Numbered from the stretch's first letter, positions 19,044 through 29,084 are shown. The stretch: 64,000 nucleotides of DNA from Candidatus Aenigmatarchaeota archaeon (GCA_016198685.1 JACQID010000004.1:1-64000); one strand, 5' to 3'. The notes: generated by a model from the letters alone, not told the origin. A program made the numbers and translations.

Positions 19044-21641
19044 CTACTCCTTCTTTTTTGTGTTTTTGCCTTCAAGCTTGTGCCGGTAAGCATATACCGC
19101 GAGTGCTGCTATGAGGAATCCTGCCATGGCGAGAAGCGGGTAATTAGGCGGAAGTGGAGGTTCGTCAGGCAGAGTAGTTGTGGTTGTCGTAGTTACGACA
19201 TCCGGCATCGTAGTCGTCGTTGTGGCCGTTGTGGTCGCTCTGCTAGTGTTCCTTGCGGCTATTGCAAATGTTGAGAAGCCCGGCGATTGTGCAGTGAGCT
19301 CTACTTCAGACGAACTCTCACTTATTATTGTCGGGGTAAGCTCATCCCAAGCCGTGGTATATCTCATGAGTACAACATCTTCTTTCCTATAGACGTTGTC
19401 GGCGAGCCATGACTTGCTGACATTGAATTTTATGGTGGCGCTTTGTATATTGCTGTCATTGATATTCTCCTTTGTTATTTCAATATATTGGAACACCGAC
19501 CCGGCTATCTCTTTGGCTATACTTGAGGGCTTTGCAGCAAGCTTTTCTATGTTTATTCTTACGTTACTGACCTGATTAGCTACTTGAATATCAATTGATT
19601 TCATGCCTATTCCAGCATCGTCTATATTCAGTTTTGTCACGCCTGATGGCAGGCTTGTCCAGCTTTTGCTGGTTTTAGGATTAAGCTTGCTGCCTCCTCC
19701 GCCGGAACTGGAGCTTGAGCTGCTTGAACTGTCGGATGATGTTGAGGGTATCACATAACTCACAGAGATCGTATGCGTTCCGGAAGGCACGTTGTTAAGC
19801 ACAAGCGAACCGAACGTGTAATTGTTTGAAGTATATGGCATACCGTCTATAGTGACGCTGAGGCCGCAGTCCGCGCCTGTAGAACCGCAATTTGCGCTGT
19901 TAAGGCCGTCAAGCTTGGTTGTAAGATTTATCGGGGCGCTTGATGATAATTGCGTAGTTACATTGTAAGAATTATTTCCTTCAGCGCCTGCAGCGCCGTC
20001 CGATTCGCTCATTATCGGGAACGTTATTTGTGCAGAGAAATTTATGCGTGCCCAAGGCTGTTGAGCGCTATTGCTCGTGGGAGTCCAGTTCCTTAGCGTT
20101 GCATGGGTATTGTTGCTTGTAAGTACTACATCCCAAGTCGTTACATGGATAATTATTATCTTGTCGGTTCCGCCGAAGGCTTCTGTGAAGTTGACCACGC
20201 TTTCTCTCTTCACAATGGATACGCCCGAGTCGGTCGCGTTTCTCCATGTTGTGCCGTTCCATAATGTAATATTGGCATCCTGAGTCATGTTGAACTGCTT
20301 GAATGTGCTGTAATCCGTGTTAAGCATGGTGACATTCATCGGAACCATGAAGCTTACCGAGGCATTGTCCAAGGTATAATTCCATAGGACATTAGTCACA
20401 TTGACAACGGTTGACATGGTCTTGGTTTCGCCAAAGGCAGGAGGCTCGTTCATGCCCCAGCCTGTCTGCTCCTGGCTGAGGACATAGACAGGAGAAACCA
20501 TCCTGCTGTTGGAGGTATCCATAACCGTGAAGAATACGGTTATTTGAGTATTATTGGTGTCATTGAGGAGAGTTTGGTTGATTGTTGATAAGTTGATTGT
20601 AAGTAGCTGTATGCTCTGGTCGATGCCGCTCATTCCGGTATTGAATGTTATGTTTATTGCTTTCTGCTGCAAAAGCTGCGATGTTGTATAATTTGTTCCA
20701 TTGAAGAAGACTGTGAAGTCGCTGGGATTGGGTATTCCCATGGTGAAGTTTCTTGTGGCGTTGCTATGGAAGTCCTCTACGACTTGAGTATGGATTAAAA
20801 GCGGGTAAAGCGTTTGGTTCGTGAATGCGGAATTATTTATGGGTGATTTCAGTGTGAAAGAAGCATTCGTTACGCTTCCTGTATATACTAACGTGAAAGT
20901 TAAATTGTATGAATAAAGTCTCATGTAACTTGGGAATTCGAAGAATGACTTGTCAAAATACATTATTTCAGCGAAGGTATTGTTGGCCAATACAGGTCTT
21001 TTCAACGTATCGTTATATGTTTCAAGCGGCGCCATAAGTTGGTAGCCCTTGTCAGTCTGGTTCCACTGGAGTATTCTTAATGTAGCATTGTTTGATGCGA
21101 AAGATGTGACTGAAGGTCTTGGGTTCCTGAAATAATTGCCTGCATAGAATTCAACAATTGTGCTGTTGATTCCTGAACAATTACCGCAGTTAACAGTGTA
21201 ATTGAATATATTTGTGCCGTACATGGCGAATGCCGACATGTTTGTCGTAACATTAAGGGCGTAGAGGCGGTGGCCTATCGTGTCAGTTATGTTTTCTCTG
21301 GCCGTATGAGTATAATTTATCTCGCAAACCATATGCGTCGCGTTGTGAAGAGAAAAATTGGCAGCGCCTGTGCATGTATTAACTATATTCAATGCGCCTG
21401 TTGAGTTCAATGGAACAACGCCGTAAGGCATTATGAATTTTATTGAGATGTTGATCGCAGGCTCGACTGTCGGGGAATTGGCAGACACATTGGCATAGAG
21501 TGTGTATGTCCTGTTCAATTCGCCTACGGTGAAATTAATTCCGCTAAAAGTAGTGTTGCTAACATTGAGGCTCGCTGCGCTGGATATTGCGAAGCTTGCC
21601 ATGATCAATACTGAAATTATAAATATAGTTTTTTCATTCAT
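19044..21641 (-). CDS. Large surface glycoprotein with PGF-pre-PGF domain
   Basis: Signal peptide; very dense N-x-S/T sequons; Ser-rich linker; FQYIEI...F.VSKSWL...V.LMRY...FSTFAIAA domain; Thr-rich linker, TM helix and basic tail. Confidence 0.8.
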   Translation of the reverse strand: MNEKTIFIISVLIMASFAISSAASLNVSNTTFSGINFTVGELNRTYTLYANVSANSPTVEPAINISIKFIMPYGVVPLNSTGALNIVNTCTGAANFSLHNATHMVCEINYTHTARENITDTIGHRLYALNVTTNMSAFAMYGTNIFNYTVNCGNCSGINSTIVEFYAGNYFRNPRPSVTSFASNNATLRILQWNQTDKGYQLMAPLETYNDTLKRPVLANNTFAEIMYFDKSFFEFPSYMRLYSYNLTFTLVYTGSVTNASFTLKSPINNSAFTNQTLYPLLIHTQVVEDFHSNATRNFTMGIPNPSDFTVFFNGTNYTTSQLLQQKAINITFNTGMSGIDQSIQLLTINLSTINQTLLNDTNNTQITVFFTVMDTSNSRMVSPVYVLSQEQTGWGMNEPPAFGETKTMSTVVNVTNVLWNYTLDNASVSFMVPMNVTMLNTDYSTFKQFNMTQDANITLWNGTTWRNATDSGVSIVKRESVVNFTEAFGGTDKIIIIHVTTWDVVLTSNNTHATLRNWTPTSNSAQQPWARINFSAQITFPIMSESDGAAGAEGNNSYNVTTQLSSSAPINLTTKLDGLNSANCGSTGADCGLSVTIDGMPYTSNNYTFGSLVLNNVPSGTHTISVSYVIPSTSSDSSSSSSSSSGGGGSKLNPKTSKSWTSLPSGVTKLNIDDAGIGMKSIDIQVANQVSNVRINIEKLAAKPSSIAKEIAGSVFQYIEITKENINDSNIQSATIKFNVSKSWLADNVYRKEDVVLMRYTTAWDELTPTIISESSSEVELTAQSPGFSTFAIAARNTSRATTTATTTTTMPDVVTTTTTTTLPDEPPLPPNYPLLAMAGFLIAALAVYAYRHKLEGKNTKKKE

Positions 21642-21751
21642 ATGCTTACTTTGATACCATGTTAAAGTTTGATATATAAACTTTTCTATATTTCACTGTC
21701 TAATTTCACGCAATTTCGTCAATATTTTTATTATTGAAAGGATATAGAAAT

Positions 21752-23665
21752 TTATTCCTTCTTTTTTGGCGCCTTGCCTTGAAAGTTGTGCCGGTAAGCA
21801 TATGATGCTAAAGCTGCTAATAGAAGCCCGGCTATTGCTATCGCAGTATAATCTGCAGGCGGCGCTGGAATTTTGGCTTCTTCGATCGTAGTCGTTGTAG
21901 TGGTATCAGCCGGCGGCATGGTTGTCGATGTCGTCGTTGTTGCAGCCGGAATTATTTCAGCTGCCGCTATTGCAAACGTGGAGAAGCCCGGCGTATCTGC
22001 GGCAAATTGTATTTGGGATGCGCTTTCGCTTACTACGGATGTAGGCAATCTTTCCCATGCTGTCGTATATCTCATGAGAACTACATTTTCCTTACTATAA
22101 TTGTTGTCTGCCAGCCAGCTCTTAGGCACTTCGAACGTTATTCTTGCGCCATTAATGTCTTCATCCTTGATCTTTTCTTTGGTGATCTCAATATATTGGT
22201 AAGCCTTCCCACTTATGGAGGAGCTGAGAATATCAGAGACACCGGACAGCTTTTCTACGGTTATCTTGGCATTGCTGACTGTATTTTTGACATCAAGTTC
22301 TATACTCTTAACATCAAGATTGCTTTTGTCTATTTCTATCTCGGATTTCCCCGGGCCGAGAACGTTCCAGCTCTGGACCGCCTTCTGGCTGATGGGCGAG
22401 CTGCCGCCTGAAGATGATGTCGAAGTTGTCGTACTGGTCGTTTCATTAACTATGTAAAGATACAGTGCTGTGGAATTGGCCGCGTTCCCGGAGGGATCCG
22501 TACCCTCTATGCGTATTAGATATGCACCTATGTCCAGCGAGCTGAAATTATAAGCTACATTGGTGTTATTGGTCGTTTCGCCCGCTGCCTTGAACGTGCT
22601 ACCAAGGTATATCCTGTAAGTAAGGTTTGTCGCATGAACGTTATCCGTTATATTAAAGTATATCTGGGGAGTGTCATCGCTTGTACTGGTTTCATTCGGC
22701 GGCGATACCGTTCTGGGAGTTGGATTCACATTATCCACTGTTATCGTCAGTAAGGTTGAGTTGAATACATTGCCTGCAGGATCGGTTATTTCAACCCTGA
22801 ATCTGTGAGTGCCATTCGTCAATGCGGTTAGATTGTAGGCTATGATAGTATTATTGTTGGTATCATTTGCGGTCTGGACAGAATCATCGACATAAACCCT
22901 GTAGCTAAGGTTAGTTGCGAATACGTTATCGCTTACATTAAATCTTATTTCAGGAGTGCTGTCCGTGCTATTTGTAGAATTTGCAGGCGATGTTATAGTA
23001 ACCGCGGGATTGATGTTATCTATCGTGATATTGAAAAGAGTTGTGTTGTATCCATTTCCTGACGGGTCATTTATTTCCACTCTAAAGTTGTGGGTTCCGT
23101 TTGTTAAGGCTGTAAAATTGTAAGCAATATTCGTGTTGTTATTGGTGTCGTTAGCTGTCACAACGGTTCCATCTACATATATTCTATATGTAAGATTCGT
23201 GGCATGGACATTGTCTGAAACATTAAATCTTATTTCAGGAGTGCTATCCGTTGTGTTAGTAGAGTTGCCTGGGGAAGTTATCGTCACGCCAGGATTCACA
23301 TTGTCAACTTTGAACGTGATGTTGGTTGAGTTCACAGACACAATGGCATCGCCTGCGGCGGAAGAGTTTCTTCCTTCTATGACGACCCAGTGTGTCCCGT
23401 TAATCAGCGCTGAAAGGTTGACGTGATGCTGGGTGTTATTGTCTATCCTTTGCGTGACGGCAGCATGGTCTATGGCACCGTCAACGATTACGCTGTAGTT
23501 GTAAGTTGTATTGTCTCCGGTTATCGTGAATGCGATTTGGGGCGTGCTATCCGATGTATTGGAAAAATTCGCCGGTGAATTTATCGTGACTGTGAAAGCT
23601 GCGTTTGAAACTGACGCGATGAAAATGAAAGATAATGCTAATAATACAGAGAATGATAATTTCAT
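21752..23665 (-). CDS. Surface glycoprotein with four Ig-like repeats and PGF-pre-PGF domain
   Basis: Signal peptide; repeats TITSPxNxT..DSTPEIRFNVSDN; C-terminal domain paralogous to 19044..21641. Confidence 0.82.
   Translation of the reverse strand: MKLSFSVLLALSFIFIASVSNAAFTVTINSPANFSNTSDSTPQIAFTITGDNTTYNYSVIVDGAIDHAAVTQRIDNNTQHHVNLSALINGTHWVVIEGRNSSAAGDAIVSVNSTNITFKVDNVNPGVTITSPGNSTNTTDSTPEIRFNVSDNVHATNLTYRIYVDGTVVTANDTNNNTNIAYNFTALTNGTHNFRVEINDPSGNGYNTTLFNITIDNINPAVTITSPANSTNSTDSTPEIRFNVSDNVFATNLSYRVYVDDSVQTANDTNNNTIIAYNLTALTNGTHRFRVEITDPAGNVFNSTLLTITVDNVNPTPRTVSPPNETSTSDDTPQIYFNITDNVHATNLTYRIYLGSTFKAAGETTNNTNVAYNFSSLDIGAYLIRIEGTDPSGNAANSTALYLYIVNETTSTTTSTSSSGGSSPISQKAVQSWNVLGPGKSEIEIDKSNLDVKSIELDVKNTVSNAKITVEKLSGVSDILSSSISGKAYQYIEITKEKIKDEDINGARITFEVPKSWLADNNYSKENVVLMRYTTAWERLPTSVVSESASQIQFAADTPGFSTFAIAAAEIIPAATTTTSTTMPPADTTTTTTIEEAKIPAPPADYTAIAIAGLLLAALASYAYRHNFQGKAPKKKE
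22450..23599 (-). repeat. Four tandem ~95-aa Ig-like coding repeats
   Basis: aatcttatttcaggagtgct occurs at 22941 and 23226 (285 nt apart, 95 codons); protein repeats begin DNVNP/DNINP/DNVNP. Confidence 0.85.
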
Positions 23666-23805
23666 TTTAGAGTTATGCCGAGAGATAGTATATATAGTTT
23701 TCTAGTATTGCGCTTCAAGAAGCGATATTCAACGGTCATTTTCCAGATATTTTACATAAAATTATAATGATACTGCTTTGAGCAGTTGAATAAAATGATA
23801 AAGGG

Positions 23806-23834
23806 AAAAAAGAAAAAAGAAAATAGTTTTTTTC
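23806..23834 (-). terminator. Oligo-T archaeal terminator of S-layer gene
   Basis: Minus strand reads T-tracts (ttttcttttttctttttt) directly after the stop codon. Confidence 0.6.
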
Positions 23835-26546
23835 TTAGACTGCGTCAGCGAGCACTACGCCGTTCTTCCACGCCATCCTCATACCTGTCAATCCTGTTGG
23901 GTTGACGAGCATCTTGGACGATGCGCGGCTGTCGGCTGCGCTGTGACCTGCGACAACCAGTGCCGCCTTTCCACCGCCGAAGGCGTTGTCGACGTAGTCG
24001 AGAACGTATGTTCCTTCGCCGTTGTCAAGGTACATCTGTCTGTCCCATGTCTTGGCTGCGGATGCGAGCTCAGCAACGAGTGAGTTGACTACAGGGCCAC
24101 CGACAAGGATCAAGTTCTTTGTCGTCTTGGCTGCCTGGTCTGCCTGCACTTCGCTGTCAAGTCTTGCAACTGCGGTCGTTATCGGTACAGACTCCTGCAC
24201 TGTGCTTCCGCCTGTAGAGCCTGTTGTAGATGTCGTTGCACCTTCTGCAAGGACAAGTACTCTTGCTGTTACCTGGTCATCAGGATAGTAGACTTTTATT
24301 GTGTCCTGGCCGTTGGAGTTTCTTTCAGCAAATGTACCCCAGAGGTCTACATATTGTGTTATGTCGGAGTTGCTTCCCAGTGTAGAGCTGTCTTCGTCGG
24401 CTGTGAATGTAGGTGCGTCAGCCTTGGCTACGTTGTTTGAACCGCTTGCTTCTGTCGTGACCGGCAGGATTACGCTGTATTCGTTACCGGCATCGTCCTT
24501 CTCTTCAACGAGAAGGATTGCAGGCTGCGTAACATTCGTGCCAGCTGCAGAGTTTACGGTTATGTTCAACGCAACGGACTGGTTTGGCAGTACGTAGCCG
24601 CTTGCTTGTAATGTATATGCCAAGCCTCCGGTTGAAGTTCTGCCTAGTGTTAGTGTTGCAAGGGTTGCATTGTCGGAGATGTTGAAATTGCTTACACTTC
24701 CAGATGACGTTGTTCCGTCTTCTCTATTGGCAGCCGTCAAGTTCAGGTAGGCATGCGGACCGTCTGTCCAGATGTTTGCCTGTACTGCGCCTGTAGGTAA
24801 GCTGAGGTTCTGTCCATCTCTTAAGACAACAGACTGGTTAGGTGCTACAAGAGCCAGACGTCCACCCTTCTGTGTCTTTATTGTCGGGAATGCCGTCACA
24901 TAAGAGCCTGTATTGTTCAGTGCAGCTCCTGTACCCCACGTTACCGTGAACGTCGAAGAGCTCTGTGCCTGGAAGTAATAAGACTGTCCGTCTATTACTT
25001 TCTGGTCAGCGTTGTCTGTTCCGAGCGTTACAGTAAGCGTTGTACCTGACATGACATCTGTCAATCCGATGGATGCAGAGCTTGTTCCGTCTGCGTTGAC
25101 ACTGGTTACCTTGTATATGTGTCCGAACTGGCCGGCATCAGTCACGAAGTACTGGTCCTGTGATATAGTGGCGTTTTCCACTATGTTTATTGCCTTCGCG
25201 CTTCCGTCCTGCAGGCTGAATCCGCCAGCAGAGGATGTTGCCTTGTGGGCGAACGTGAATGTGTTCTTGCTTCCTCTGTAGTCAGTGAACGTAACCTGCA
25301 CGTCGTTGTCACCGGAGTTCTGGAGGGATAACATGTCTCTTCCAGCATCCTTGGTGTCTGAAGACAAACCAGAGAAGCTCAAACCAAAGCTTTTCCATGT
25401 CGGGTCTGTCAGCTTGCCACCTTGTTTGATGAAGTCTTCGGATGTGGACTTTGCGGACGTGTATATCGTGAACGAAGATATCTGGTCGCCGGATGTCGTC
25501 AATGAAACGGACGTTCCATCTACAGAGTCTTCATTGTCTCCAATCTTTACTTTGGCGCTGTTCTGCAGTATCAGCTTGTCTGCGCCTATGAGCAGTGTAC
25601 CGGAGTTCTGCGTCTGGTCTGTTGTGGACAGGTAGAATACATCATCCATGTATATGGACAGGTCGCCGAACTTCTGGGACGCACCCTTTGTTATACTCTT
25701 CTGTTCACCGTCAACGTTGACGATACCTACGGTTGTGCTGCTTGCACCGACAAAGTTGATGCTGTACGTCTTGCCGGCAATTGTGATCTGCTTGCTTTCG
25801 CCGCCTTTCATGACAGTCTTGTCAGAGCCACCAGCCAAAACGAGCTTAGGAGAGGTTGCGAACGTTGTGTCGCTGTGTACTGTATATTCCTTTCCGAAGA
25901 GCGTTATCTTCTGGCCTATTGCCGTGGACTTAGGCAATGACTTGTCGAAAGTTACTGTTGTTCTATAGAGATAGTTAGAGCTGCTTGGCGATGTCGTTAT
26001 GTCAGAGCCTATAGTGTATGCTGGGTCTTCAGTACCGCCTGCGCCAGGCTTGGCGAACTGCAATCTGTAGCTGCTTGTAGATGCTGTGTCGCTTGGGGTC
26101 AGATAGATGAACTGCTGGTACTTGTAAGACGTACCGTTCGTGTCAACTACTGTACCGTCTGCGAGCAGAGTGGGTAGTTCGTCTTTTGTCATCGTGTTTC
26201 TAACACCAGACTTTCCGAGCGTGTCGTCAAGGAATATCTGTGTGTTGGCTGTTGCTACTTCTTTTCCTTCTCCGTTAACGGAGACTCCTCCAGTGGATCC
26301 GCCTACTGAAGTCGGCTTGCTGGCTCTGCTTCCGAGAGACGCTGCGATGTCAACTGCACCTGCAACGTCGCTGGCCAAACCTTGTGCATCTGTGCCCTGG
26401 GAACCGACAACGATAAGGAAGTCGGCTGTGCCCTGAGCAGATACGAAAGGCTGTGGGTAGTCAGCAAGGCCGGCTGCAAATCCTAGGCTAGAACCTGCCA
26501 TGAGCGCAGATATTGCGCCTGCGGCAACGAGTTTCTTTAGCTGCAT
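23835..26546 (-). CDS. S-layer protein (Methanococcales/Thermococcales-type N- and C-domains)
   Basis: MQLKKLVAAGAISALMAGSSLGFAA signal; ADYPQPFV...IVVG...SDVAGAVDIAASL; C-terminal KNLILVGGPVVNSL...LVVAG. Confidence 0.88.
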   Translation of the reverse strand: MQLKKLVAAGAISALMAGSSLGFAAGLADYPQPFVSAQGTADFLIVVGSQGTDAQGLASDVAGAVDIAASLGSRASKPTSVGGSTGGVSVNGEGKEVATANTQIFLDDTLGKSGVRNTMTKDELPTLLADGTVVDTNGTSYKYQQFIYLTPSDTASTSSYRLQFAKPGAGGTEDPAYTIGSDITTSPSSSNYLYRTTVTFDKSLPKSTAIGQKITLFGKEYTVHSDTTFATSPKLVLAGGSDKTVMKGGESKQITIAGKTYSINFVGASSTTVGIVNVDGEQKSITKGASQKFGDLSIYMDDVFYLSTTDQTQNSGTLLIGADKLILQNSAKVKIGDNEDSVDGTSVSLTTSGDQISSFTIYTSAKSTSEDFIKQGGKLTDPTWKSFGLSFSGLSSDTKDAGRDMLSLQNSGDNDVQVTFTDYRGSKNTFTFAHKATSSAGGFSLQDGSAKAINIVENATISQDQYFVTDAGQFGHIYKVTSVNADGTSSASIGLTDVMSGTTLTVTLGTDNADQKVIDGQSYYFQAQSSSTFTVTWGTGAALNNTGSYVTAFPTIKTQKGGRLALVAPNQSVVLRDGQNLSLPTGAVQANIWTDGPHAYLNLTAANREDGTTSSGSVSNFNISDNATLATLTLGRTSTGGLAYTLQASGYVLPNQSVALNITVNSAAGTNVTQPAILLVEEKDDAGNEYSVILPVTTEASGSNNVAKADAPTFTADEDSSTLGSNSDITQYVDLWGTFAERNSNGQDTIKVYYPDDQVTARVLVLAEGATTSTTGSTGGSTVQESVPITTAVARLDSEVQADQAAKTTKNLILVGGPVVNSLVAELASAAKTWDRQMYLDNGEGTYVLDYVDNAFGGGKAALVVAGHSAADSRASSKMLVNPTGLTGMRMAWKNGVVLADAV

Positions 26547-26553
26547 TTACATG

Positions 26554-26655
26554 CCACCTTGTTTGTTTACAAGCCCGTTAGGGCCGTTCTAAACGAGTCG
26601 ATATTGAGGTTTAGCCTCGCTTATTAAATCAATAATGGACAAGGTATATATATAA
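26554..26655 (-). promoter_or_regulatory. S-layer promoter, long 5' leader and RBS
   Basis: TATA run 26645-26655; hairpins GAGG-CTAAA-CCTC (26606-26618) and GCCC-TAAC-GGGC (26573-26584); AAGGTGG RBS at 26554-26560. Confidence 0.6.
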
Positions 26656-26779
26656 GCCTGACTTGAAACAGTTTCGGCATACGAATGAGGCATAATAAAT
26701 ATACATTTTAAACGTTTATATAGTAAATATTTATGATTTAAAAGTTCTAAAGCTTATATTTTATCTATATGCATCATTT

Positions 26780-27712
26780 TTAGTCTTTTTTAGACTCTAT
26801 TACTCCGCCAGTCTTTCGTTCGGTTTTCTTGAGCTTTAGAAGGTTATTTCGCCCCTTTCTTTCCAATTCTATGAGTCCTCTTTCTTGCAGATCATGTACA
26901 AGTCTTGAAACCTTAGGCTTAGAGTAATCTAATTCCTTTATTATTGTTCTCTGGTCAACGGATTTGCCCTCCCTAAGCAATATTTCCATGGTTTTTCTTT
27001 CAGGTTCTGTGAGAATCGGCAGGACGTGCTTGTAGTTCTTCCTTCTTATCAAGAAGGCGGCGGCACCTATAATTATAACAATGATGAGGATCATGATAAA
27101 GGCAAGAGCCTGAAGCCCGCCATCAAAGCTTTCGTAGATGACCCTAGCGTCTATGCCTTCGCCTACTTTGGCATTGTCGATGGACCAGGAGACGTATATG
27201 GTTCTCCCATCCGAGCCTCTCGAGGATGTTTTATTGTCTTCCCCTGTCCAGACAGGCTCAAAAGGTAAAAGTCCTGTGCCTTGTAATTTTTCTTCTGAAA
27301 CAAGCGCTGCGCCTACGGGAAGCTCTATTTTTGCAGTGTAGTGCTTGGCAGGCACAGGCACGTTGAACCTGTGGCTAAACAAGCTTAAGCTTCCCTGCCT
27401 TGAGATCATGTCACTGGCCTTGAATATATACGTGAAATTAGACGCCTTTACATTGCATTTTATGGACGTTCCAACACCTACAGTTTCGGTCATGCATTTT
27501 ATAGGGTTGTGATCTGCCGTAACCTGAAGATCGCTGACTGAAGAAACTATATAGTAGACATTCTCGACATTGCTGTCAAAGCTTATTTTCACGGTCCATT
27601 GGGCATTCCCGTCGTCAGCAAGGGAAACCGTGGTCTCCCAGTCATTTATAACGACTGAATAAGAAACAGGAACAAGAAGAGCAAGAATTAGGGCAAAAAG
27701 GGCCTTCATCAT
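26780..27712 (-). CDS. Membrane protein with extracellular domain and cytoplasmic winged-HTH
   Basis: Signal peptide; TM helix near residue 200-222; LTEPERKTMEILLREGKSVDQRTIIKELDYSKPKVSRLVHDLQERGLIE MarR-like HTH. Confidence 0.8.
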   Translation of the reverse strand: MMKALFALILALLVPVSYSVVINDWETTVSLADDGNAQWTVKISFDSNVENVYYIVSSVSDLQVTADHNPIKCMTETVGVGTSIKCNVKASNFTYIFKASDMISRQGSLSLFSHRFNVPVPAKHYTAKIELPVGAALVSEEKLQGTGLLPFEPVWTGEDNKTSSRGSDGRTIYVSWSIDNAKVGEGIDARVIYESFDGGLQALAFIMILIIVIIIGAAAFLIRRKNYKHVLPILTEPERKTMEILLREGKSVDQRTIIKELDYSKPKVSRLVHDLQERGLIELERKGRNNLLKLKKTERKTGGVIESKKD

Positions 27713-27740
27713 ACTTCATATGATTCAAGGTTTAAAAGCT

Positions 27741-28163
27741 CTACTTTGTTGGCGTAATTACCATGCCGCCCACGCCTGCCGAGGCAAATTGATGCATGAC
27801 ACCTGCAATGTTGTTGGAAATATTTTGCATTTCTTCCATGCTGACGGCTTTTTTCTTTGGGCCCAGTATCTCTACTGCGGCAGGCCCGTAAAGCATGACA
27901 AGCCTGACCAAGGATTCGATGTCCTTGGTGAAAAGCTTGACTTCGCATATTCTCGAATAAGCTTCTTTTATCCTTGGGGTCGGATTCTCGACTTTAACCG
28001 GCTCCTGGACTAATTTTTCATAAATGAACGCTTCTTTGCCTAGTTTCTCGATATGCTTTTCCAGAGCTTCTGTAGCTACTTTTTCGTCAACTGCCATGAC
28101 TTCAATCATGAACCAGGATTCTATCCATTCTTCCTTGCGTTTCTTGTCTATCTCTTCTTTCAT
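27741..28163 (-). CDS. Conserved hypothetical protein
   Basis: Compact ORF with natural composition (LVRLVMLYGPAAVEILGP); no function recognised. Confidence 0.65.
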   Translation of the reverse strand: MKEEIDKKRKEEWIESWFMIEVMAVDEKVATEALEKHIEKLGKEAFIYEKLVQEPVKVENPTPRIKEAYSRICEVKLFTKDIESLVRLVMLYGPAAVEILGPKKKAVSMEEMQNISNNIAGVMHQFASAGVGGMVITPTK

Positions 28164-28248
28164 AGCTAAATCTTGGGCAGAGCTTTTTTATCCTTATTTC
28201 TTGCTTCCTGATGGAACATATTTATATTGTCCGGCTGCAAATATAGAA

Positions 28249-28815
28249 ATGTCGCTCGAGATAATAAATGACCCCGCAGGATCCATAAAGCGCGCGGCAA
28301 AGAGAAAGGACATCAATAACACCGCAAGAATCATAGCTATAAATTCCTTCATCATTGCCTTTTCCGTGTCTTTTGCGGTCTTCATGCCGGTCGTATTTAC
28401 TGCAACGCCCCTTATGGCAGCAAGCCTAGTAGTAATAGCCTTTTTCACGGTCACGTTGATATCAGTTGTGTTCGGCTGGACCGTTCAGGTTGTCGCTAAT
28501 GCCCTTGGCGGCAAGGGCAGATATTTCCACGGACTTACCGCTGTAAGTTACGGAATGGTTGCGCCGTCTATAGGAATGTTTATCGCATCCCTTCTGACGG
28601 CTGTCAGTATGCTGCAGCCTTTCTCATTTGTCATTCTCGTGCCTTCCTTGGGACTGGGGCTTGCAACGCTCTACAGGGGCATACGCGATATGTTCGGACT
28701 GGAAATGCATACTGCCGCAATAACTGTTTTCATATGTGCGGCCAGTTTTTTCCTTGCCATATACCTTACACTCACCTTAGGAATATTGAGTTCAGGCGCC
28801 CTTCTGCGAATTTAA
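28249..28815 (+). CDS. Yip1-family membrane protein
   Basis: EIINDP.GSI; ANALGGKGRYFHGLTAVSYG; about five TM helices; start set at MSLEII. Confidence 0.7.
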   Translation: MSLEIINDPAGSIKRAAKRKDINNTARIIAINSFIIAFSVSFAVFMPVVFTATPLMAASLVVIAFFTVTLISVVFGWTVQVVANALGGKGRYFHGLTAVSYGMVAPSIGMFIASLLTAVSMLQPFSFVILVPSLGLGLATLYRGIRDMFGLEMHTAAITVFICAASFFLAIYLTLTLGILSSGALLRI

Positions 28816-28863
28816 TTCTTTCTCCCTAAGAAATAGACTGAAAGAATGCATCTTTAAGCCAGC

Positions 28864-28936
28864 GCCTCGGTAGCTCAGCTGGTAGAGCGGCAGTTTCGTA
28901 AACTGCAGGTCGGGGGTTCGATCCCCTCCCGGGGCT
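28864..28936 (+). tRNA. tRNA-Thr(CGT)
   Basis: GCCTCGG/CCGGGGC acceptor stem; GCAGT-TT CGT AA-ACTGC anticodon arm; GGTTCGATCCC T-arm. Confidence 0.93.
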
Positions 28937-29084
28937 TATGCATTAAAATACTGTTTATACCCTTCAAATGACTGCATGCGCTGGTTACCGCAGAAAAATA
29001 TTTTTTGTATTGGACTTTTTATCCACTTTTATTATCGTATACATGATGCATGGGCGTCCAGAAATTTTGATATTGCGATAAAGG

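Noticed and set aside
19180-19740. Trinucleotide-like gtt/gtc and gagctt repeats as microsatellites or phase-variation tracts
   Set aside because: They encode Thr- and Ser-rich protein linkers and are imperfect.
22450-23599. Possible CRISPR or non-coding repeat array
   Set aside because: The repeats are in-frame coding units with a 285-nt period and similar intervening sequence; no cas genes are present.
24022-26436. Series of Ser/Val/Thr-rich plus-strand ORFs
   Set aside because: Antisense reading of the strongly codon-biased S-layer gene.
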